Position numbers and translations under genes: made by a program. Positions 57,579-64,000 of a DNA stretch of 64,000 nt are shown here, piece after piece. The stretch is from IMG/VR virus record IMGVR_UViG_3300009130_000010, positions 1-64,000 of that record. One strand, given 5' to 3'. Within the stretch, counting starts at the first letter, position 1. Every line of letters starts with the position of its first letter. This DNA is from a virus. The notes beneath the pieces were generated by a model. The model had not been told where the DNA came from. It ran no database searches and saw only the letters and a list, made by a program, of their open reading frames with translations.

Positions 57579-58619
57579 ATGGCAATTCATAACAGGACAA
57601 ACCCACACGTTGGAGTAAGTCACCCCGACAACTACGGAGCATACGTTACTGACGATGCTACTGGCAAAATAACTTGGCGTAATACTGGCCAAGGAGGCGG
57701 TCGCGAAGGCGGTCATGCTAACGTACACGGCGGTGCCGCGAGTTCTGGGTATAAAGAATTTAGAGGAGAAGGCGAAGGTAATTCAAAAACTGATAAAAAA
57801 CCTATATCATCTAAAAATCTTAATACTCTTATCACTGATTTCTTTTCCAATTTTAGACAGCAAAATTTACGAAGTACAGTTCCTGCTGGTGCTGAAGTAC
57901 CAAAAAGAACAAGGGGAAAAATAACAGATAACCGAGTAAACGACACACATGAAAGAAGGGTAAAATTATCTCTCCCTGATGGTTTGAGACGTTTTTACAA
58001 TGCTGACAACGGTGAAGAAGCTGGATTATTAAAACCATTAATTGAAAGTAGAGGAATAATTTTTCCTTATACTCCTCAAATTATTATGAATAATACAGCC
58101 GTTTATAATTCGCGTTCCCCTGTACATACTAATTATCCCTTTCAAATGTATTCTAACTCACAAGTGAGTACAATTAACTTACTAGTACAATTTACAGCTC
58201 AAAACGCCGAAGAGGCAAGATATGTTTTAGCTTGTATAACATTTTTAAGACTAGTAACAAAGAGTTTTAGAAACAATGATCCAGATGCTGGATCACCTCC
58301 TCCAGTATTACGATTATCAGGACACGGTAAAAATTTAATACCAAGGGTACCAGTAGTTGTACAAGACTTTGCTTTAACATTGCCTAACAATGTTGATTAT
58401 ATAACTATTGACGATAATCCATTACATGATACTGACAGAAGTTTTGCTTTACGAGCCATGGATAGAGCAGGTAAAGAAATGGCTGTTGACAGGGTTCCAA
58501 CAGTAACAGATATTTCTGTTACAATGATGCCTGTATACAGCAGAATGCAACTTGCTGATTATGATGTCCGAGATATAGTTTCAGGAGGATTGTTAGGTAA
58601 CCCAGAAGGATTCTTATAA
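57579..58619 (+). CDS. Baseplate/tail tube initiator-like protein
   Basis: GIIFPYTPQI, HTNYP, FTAQN, GSPPPVLRLSG, VPVVV, LPNNVDYI. Confidence 0.7.
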   Translation: MAIHNRTNPHVGVSHPDNYGAYVTDDATGKITWRNTGQGGGREGGHANVHGGAASSGYKEFRGEGEGNSKTDKKPISSKNLNTLITDFFSNFRQQNLRSTVPAGAEVPKRTRGKITDNRVNDTHERRVKLSLPDGLRRFYNADNGEEAGLLKPLIESRGIIFPYTPQIIMNNTAVYNSRSPVHTNYPFQMYSNSQVSTINLLVQFTAQNAEEARYVLACITFLRLVTKSFRNNDPDAGSPPPVLRLSGHGKNLIPRVPVVVQDFALTLPNNVDYITIDDNPLHDTDRSFALRAMDRAGKEMAVDRVPTVTDISVTMMPVYSRMQLADYDVRDIVSGGLLGNPEGFL

Positions 58620-58918
58620 TGGCTGATTACTCACAAACTAGTCCTTATTACTCTACATCACAAATAAAACAAGAACTTCAAGTTTTAAATTATAGAGATA
58701 TACCACACGAAGCTGATGACTTGTCTTACGAGATAACAGCAGAATTTAATAATAGACCCGACCTATTAGCATACGATCTTTATGGAAATGCTAGTTACTG
58801 GTGGGTTTTTACAAACAGAAACCCTGATGTTCTAAAAGATCCAGTATGGGATTTCACAACAGGAAAAGTTATTTTTTTACCAAAGAAAAGTTCTATTAAA
58901 GAAGTACTAGGAACATAA
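58619..58918 (+). CDS. Baseplate wedge protein (gp53/LysM-like)
   Basis: RPDLLAYDLYGNASYWWVF..RN..LKDP. Confidence 0.85.
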   Translation: MADYSQTSPYYSTSQIKQELQVLNYRDIPHEADDLSYEITAEFNNRPDLLAYDLYGNASYWWVFTNRNPDVLKDPVWDFTTGKVIFLPKKSSIKEVLGT

Positions 58919-58919
58919 A

Positions 58920-61900
58920 ATGGCAGATAAAGCCTACCTATCATCAAAAGATTACACAGGTCATTATTCTAACATTGATAAACTTAATGCTGGAAGTATG
59001 ACATTGAGTGCTGTCCAATTTGCTAATCCTAATATACCTATATACAAAGACGGTGTAACTGGCAAGTATACAGGTAGTCCGACAGCTAATTATCCAAAAG
59101 ATATTAAAACTTGGTATAATACAAATTCTGCCAACGATGTTCTTGGTAAAAAATATATAGGACAATGGCCTTATAATGGTAATGGATCACTTACAAAAGC
59201 AGGTTATGAAAAATTTAAATCTGAAGTTGTAATTAATAAACCAGTAGCTGTTGATAGGGCTCTTTACGCCACTGAAAACAGAAAACCTGCTACTTCTAAT
59301 GTAGTTCATGACATAGCACAACTAGATTCTGATATTAGAGATTCTCGAATAAAAGCAACAATGCTAATATCACATCGATTGAAGATGACAGAAAAGTTTA
59401 CCACTTCGGGCTCACCAAATGCATTTAAGCCAGAAACTACATATATTGAGAAACAATATTATAATGCTTTAAACTTGGCTATTAAAGCCACAGCTTCAAT
59501 TACTAAAGTAGGTGGTATTGAAAGAATTGAAAGACAAAAAGATCCTGAGAACAAAGTATTTTCATCTTATAATAAACTAGTATCATCTGTTACTGAAAAA
59601 GGTAAGGATGTACCTCCTAAAAATCTTACAGCTGAAGAACTTGATAGTTCAGTACCACAGCCTGGAGAAGTAATAGAACATTCAGGACAATCTAACGAGT
59701 CAGAGGCAACTTTCGCCGCAAAATTAGAAGTAGCCAAAAGTGCTATTAATGACTCATCTGAAATAATAAAATCTATGAAGGACGCTAGTACTACAAGCGT
59801 CGCTATTACTACAGACGGTTTCCCATTTAGTGGAAACACAAAACCTACAGTTGTCGAAAGTGAAGTTGTTGATAAAAGTGATCCAAAAAACACTCAAAGT
59901 AAAACTGGCAGTACTGTATCAACTATAAAGAAAGAAAAGATGTTTGACAAATGGAGACAACACCCAGGTGGTACTCCAAGAGATAATATGCTACATTATT
60001 TTGCTAGTTATAATACACAATTTGATTTATTCTTAATGAACCCAACTGATTATAATCATATTAATCAAAGTATAGCTATTGACAAATGGAACGAACAATT
60101 ATTTTTTGATTTTACAAAATTACCAGAAAGATTATTAATAAGTTCTTCCGGTGTTAGAACCGACCATACAAAAAAAGGATCATCTAGTAATAGGTATTTT
60201 GCTGATAGAGATTATTTTATTGATAATGTAGCTGTCGAAAGTTATGTAGCACCAGGTAAAAAAAGTGGCGGTGCCAAATATACCAATTGTAATTTAGAAA
60301 TATTCGAACCATATGGTTCGACACTATTAGAAAATTTAATTAGAGCAACAAATGATTCACCAATCGAAGGTGAATCATATATAGATATGCCGTATATGTT
60401 AAGAATTAAATTTAACGGGTATGACGAAACTGGTGAAAAACTTAATACACGAATACCAACAAAAGCTAACGAATTACCACCAAATATGAGAGGTGAAACT
60501 GTTTACAGTCAAAACGATTATGGTGTAAAATACTTAATGTTAAAAATTGGTAAATTTAATTTTAAAGTATCAAATGAAGGAACTACTTACCAACTCGAAT
60601 TTTATAATTATAATTCTTTTGCTCTTGAAGATTATGGGGGAATGGTTTCTTCCAACCTTCAAGTTAATTCAACAACATTAGGACAATTTTTTGGTTTATA
60701 TTCTGGAGGAAACTCTGATAATTCCAATCCAGATATCCATGGTAATGGTATTACAGCATATAGTTACGAAACACAACACTATGATAACCAATTTGGTTAT
60801 GTTCAAAGTGTTAAAAGCACACCAGCAAAAAAGATAGCTGGACCTATTCAAGGTGTTGGCGACACTCCACAATACGACACTCAAAGATATTTACAAGGTA
60901 TACCTGTAAAAAGTTATAGTGATGTTAATGAAAAAGGTGAAATATTAAATAGCGATACTGGAGCATGGGTTAAACCAGACGGAATGGGACATAGATATCA
61001 AGAAGGGCCACCTTCAGTGCGAGAGAATCCTGATATTAATTCTTTTAAACCAAAAACACTTGTAAAGAAAGGAACGACCCAGAGAAGTTTTGATGCTATT
61101 TTAAATAGCATTGAAGCAGAAAAATGTGTACCTGATCCGAAGACTGGCTATCAAGCCCAAGAATATGCTGACACATATAATTTTAAATTTAAAGAAGGTT
61201 TGTTTGACCGTACATTTTTAGATAAAAGAATAGCAAAACCAGATTCTTTTGATATAAATCATGTACCTGTTTTTAATAATTTAGTTAAAGCGACATCTCC
61301 GTACATAGCTAATTGGACTTTTGGAATGCAAGAAGGATTTGAAACAGCATTTCAAATACCAGCCGGTAAATCGATTATGGAAGTTATTCATGCTGTTATT
61401 AGTTCTAGTACATTTATGACTGACCAAGTTGAAACTGTAACAATGTCAAATGTAGGACGAGGAAATAATATAAAACAAGACATGACAATAGTTGATTGGA
61501 AAGATACAAAGGATCAACCTATTATAGCTTATAAAGTTACACCTATTGTCCATATTGGTAAATGGGATAGGATAAGAAAAACATATCAAAAACATTACAC
61601 TTACATTATAGCTTTATGTGAATTACAAGGTGAAACCGAAACTGATATGGGGAAATATGCTGTTACTGATGTTTGTAAGCAATATGATTATATGTACACT
61701 GGTACAAACAGAGATGTGTTAGAATTTGATTTAAACTTTGACGCCGCTTATTACGAAACTAATGTTATAGGTGGTTGGACATCTAAACTAGCAGGACAAA
61801 CATCAGCTGAAAAAACTAAAAAAGCAACGCTTCAAAGAAATGCTGATGCTTTCGCAAGTGCTTTTGTAACATCAACTAAAAATGTTAGAACAAATCAAAC

Positions 61901-62744
61901 TAGATGGATGCCTGGTAGTGCTAGTGATTTCCAAGTTGTAAAAGCACAAAATCTTATGACAAGAATATATAATACTGGTGCTGATAGACTAGCAGGCGAA
62001 TTAACAATAATTGGCGACCCAGATTTTATTGTACAAGACGAAGGATTTAATCTTGAAGCTTTTGCTAATCATTATAGTCCAAACGGTAGTATAAGCACAC
62101 ACAAACAACCTATTATTTTAATAAACTTTTTAACACCAATTGACATTAATTCTAAAACAGGTACTATCTTTAATCCTAACGATTTAGCAAGTGAAGGACC
62201 GGCCGGACGGTACGGTACACAAAAACCTTCAACATCAGTCTTTAGTGGTTTTTATAAAATTATGAATATAACATCTGCGTTTGAAGGCGGTACTTTCCAG
62301 CAAGTATTAAGGTTAGTACGAGTACAAAACCAAGAATATGATTATCCTGAAGGAAAATTAAGAACAGCAATGGGAGATGGTGCTGTAACTCAAAGCCCAT
62401 TTAAACACGGCGTAACACATGACAAATCATTACTACGACAATTAGATAACACACCTTTAACTGACGACGAAAAAGCCGCCAATAAAATTGCCGCTGAAGA
62501 AAGATTAAAAATGCATCAACACAATATCAAACATGGCTATGATAGGAAAGCTGTTTTAAATTATGGAAAACAAAAACCTAAACTTTCTGACGCTACTACC
62601 ACAAATGTTAAGTGGACGGAAGGACCAGCTAGTCAATATAAACGCGAATTACCAATAACTCAAATTCAGTCTAGCAAATCTAATGTAACTGGAGTTCTAC
62701 CTCCAGGGCTAAAAGATAAATTAAAAAAAGGTAATCAGTCCTAA
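58920..62744 (+). CDS. Large baseplate hub protein (gp27/late control D-like)
   Basis: IFEPYG, PYMLRIKFNG, YDYMYTG.N.DV, LTIIGDP, FSGFYKI...F.Q.L; lies between gp53 and gp5. Confidence 0.65.
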   Translation: MADKAYLSSKDYTGHYSNIDKLNAGSMTLSAVQFANPNIPIYKDGVTGKYTGSPTANYPKDIKTWYNTNSANDVLGKKYIGQWPYNGNGSLTKAGYEKFKSEVVINKPVAVDRALYATENRKPATSNVVHDIAQLDSDIRDSRIKATMLISHRLKMTEKFTTSGSPNAFKPETTYIEKQYYNALNLAIKATASITKVGGIERIERQKDPENKVFSSYNKLVSSVTEKGKDVPPKNLTAEELDSSVPQPGEVIEHSGQSNESEATFAAKLEVAKSAINDSSEIIKSMKDASTTSVAITTDGFPFSGNTKPTVVESEVVDKSDPKNTQSKTGSTVSTIKKEKMFDKWRQHPGGTPRDNMLHYFASYNTQFDLFLMNPTDYNHINQSIAIDKWNEQLFFDFTKLPERLLISSSGVRTDHTKKGSSSNRYFADRDYFIDNVAVESYVAPGKKSGGAKYTNCNLEIFEPYGSTLLENLIRATNDSPIEGESYIDMPYMLRIKFNGYDETGEKLNTRIPTKANELPPNMRGETVYSQNDYGVKYLMLKIGKFNFKVSNEGTTYQLEFYNYNSFALEDYGGMVSSNLQVNSTTLGQFFGLYSGGNSDNSNPDIHGNGITAYSYETQHYDNQFGYVQSVKSTPAKKIAGPIQGVGDTPQYDTQRYLQGIPVKSYSDVNEKGEILNSDTGAWVKPDGMGHRYQEGPPSVRENPDINSFKPKTLVKKGTTQRSFDAILNSIEAEKCVPDPKTGYQAQEYADTYNFKFKEGLFDRTFLDKRIAKPDSFDINHVPVFNNLVKATSPYIANWTFGMQEGFETAFQIPAGKSIMEVIHAVISSSTFMTDQVETVTMSNVGRGNNIKQDMTIVDWKDTKDQPIIAYKVTPIVHIGKWDRIRKTYQKHYTYIIALCELQGETETDMGKYAVTDVCKQYDYMYTGTNRDVLEFDLNFDAAYYETNVIGGWTSKLAGQTSAEKTKKATLQRNADAFASAFVTSTKNVRTNQTRWMPGSASDFQVVKAQNLMTRIYNTGADRLAGELTIIGDPDFIVQDEGFNLEAFANHYSPNGSISTHKQPIILINFLTPIDINSKTGTIFNPNDLASEGPAGRYGTQKPSTSVFSGFYKIMNITSAFEGGTFQQVLRLVRVQNQEYDYPEGKLRTAMGDGAVTQSPFKHGVTHDKSLLRQLDNTPLTDDEKAANKIAAEERLKMHQHNIKHGYDRKAVLNYGKQKPKLSDATTTNVKWTEGPASQYKRELPITQIQSSKSNVTGVLPPGLKDKLKKGNQS

Positions 62745-64000
62745 TGGCAAAGTATATTTTTAGAACAGATCCTAAAATGGCTGGCTCTAATTATAGAGCA
62801 GGAGAATTACCAGCTGGCCCATACATAGCAGAAGTAATGGCTATTGGCGACCCAACAAAAAATAATAGAGTTGCTGTTTCTATAATAGACCAAGACAATT
62901 CTGTTAGTAAAGATGATCCTGCCACATGGATTGATGTTACTATTGCTTTACCTCATTATGGTGCTGTACCTCATACGACAGGAAGATCTAGTAGATCAAA
63001 AGACGAACACGACGGTGGTACTAGTTATGGACTAACTATATCAGAACCTGATGTTGGTACAAATTGTCTAGTTACTTTTGCTAACGGTGACAGGTCACAA
63101 GGTTACATTATTGCTTTTATTCCAAACCCATTTCAAAGTGCTACAACTACAGGCAGAGGTATTGCTGTAGATAAAGAGCTAATAGCATGGACTGACTACG
63201 ATAAAGAAGAATGGTTTAACAGTGGTAAACAATTTCCTATCATAGAGAAAAACCTAAAAGCCGCAGATAAACCAAATTATTCTACTATTACAAAATTAAA
63301 ATACGGCTTTGATAGACTTATGTCTAGAATATTGTATGCTCAAGGATTATTATTTGATACTATTAGAGGTGTAACAAGTACTAGTACTGCCAGACAAGCA
63401 CCTAAGGGTATGATTGGTATGTCTACACAAGGACGTAAACTACCAGACCCAGCTGACGATTCAGAGCTATTAGAAAAATATCAAAGTAATCCATACGGAT
63501 TATCAACAAGTGAATTAGATATAACATCAAGAAAGCCAGGACATTCTTTTATAATGGATGATGGTGAAGTTAGTGGATCAAATGATTTAATTAGATTACG
63601 TTCGGGTACTGGGCATCAAATATTATTACATGATACAAAAGGCTTACTTTATATTGCTAACGCTTCAGGAACATCATGGATTGAAATGTCTAAGAGTGGT
63701 AAGATTGATATATTTGCTGGAGACTCGATGAGCATTCATACACATGGAGATTTAAATTTAACAGCCGATAGAAATTTTAATTTAACAGTTGGTGAAGATG
63801 TTAATATTTCAGCTAGTGGTAAAGTAAAATCACAATCTGGTAAAGGTACACATTTAACAGCAGGTGAATCTATAAGAACAAATGCTGGAACTAGTACAAC
63901 AATTAATAGTGGCACATTTATGGCCAACTATGCTGAGACAAATCAAACAATGATTGCTCAAGGAACTACTAACGTTGTAAGTAAAGGTATTCTATCACTT
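62744..64000 (+). CDS. Baseplate central spike (gp5/VgrG-like), 3' partial
   Basis: Read manually from ATG 62744: GPYIAEV...DPTKNNRVAV...PDVGTNCLVTF...GHSFIMDDG...IRLRSGTGHQILLHD...SWIEM, followed by beta-helix repeats. Confidence 0.88.
   Translation, partial: MAKYIFRTDPKMAGSNYRAGELPAGPYIAEVMAIGDPTKNNRVAVSIIDQDNSVSKDDPATWIDVTIALPHYGAVPHTTGRSSRSKDEHDGGTSYGLTISEPDVGTNCLVTFANGDRSQGYIIAFIPNPFQSATTTGRGIAVDKELIAWTDYDKEEWFNSGKQFPIIEKNLKAADKPNYSTITKLKYGFDRLMSRILYAQGLLFDTIRGVTSTSTARQAPKGMIGMSTQGRKLPDPADDSELLEKYQSNPYGLSTSELDITSRKPGHSFIMDDGEVSGSNDLIRLRSGTGHQILLHDTKGLLYIANASGTSWIEMSKSGKIDIFAGDSMSIHTHGDLNLTADRNFNLTVGEDVNISASGKVKSQSGKGTHLTAGESIRTNAGTSTTINSGTFMANYAETNQTMIAQGTTNVVSKGILSL

Noticed and set aside
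82-63927. Numerous 60-180 aa ORFs antisense to or nested in long genes (e.g. 2545..2985, 4660..5205, 23359..23793, 36259..36768, 45563..45940, 47957..48205)
   Set aside because: Shadow ORFs caused by codon bias of the real genes on the other strand; Ser/Leu/Phe-rich, no motifs and no SD.
1-64000. Stop-codon reassignment
   Set aside because: Core genes are intact under code 11, and TAA, TAG and TGA all end genes at expected positions.

Overview
This window is a segment of a large, AT-rich, lytic dsDNA myovirus with distant T4-superfamily structural genes, probably a jumbo-type aquatic/marine phage (inference). It covers most of the virion morphogenesis region: terminase, head completion, tail tube and sheath, neck gp13/14/15, a Ser/Thr/Gly-rich modular fibre cluster, capsid/scaffold/protease/portal, tape measure, tail chaperones and baseplate hub/spike. 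It also carries the gp55-gp47-gp46 block and a Holliday junction resolvase. Late genes use a TAAATA promoter, often exactly 5 nt before an ATG with no Shine-Dalgarno (SD). Three genes have consensus sigma70 promoters. Highlights: (1) a ~450-nt ORF-free, densely base-paired element after the resolvase (candidate large ncRNA or origin); (2) a T TTT TTC -1 slippery site fusing the gp26-like and gp51-like tail chaperones, like lambda G/GT; (3) a six-gene accessory operon (ProX-like binding protein and ProW-like permease with no ATPase, then TauD-like dioxygenase, adenylating ligase, nitroreductase, methyltransferase); (4) a late three-gene exported-protein module; (5) structured leaders on structural genes; (6) apparent GCWGC avoidance. 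All family calls come from motif recognition by eye, with no database searches.
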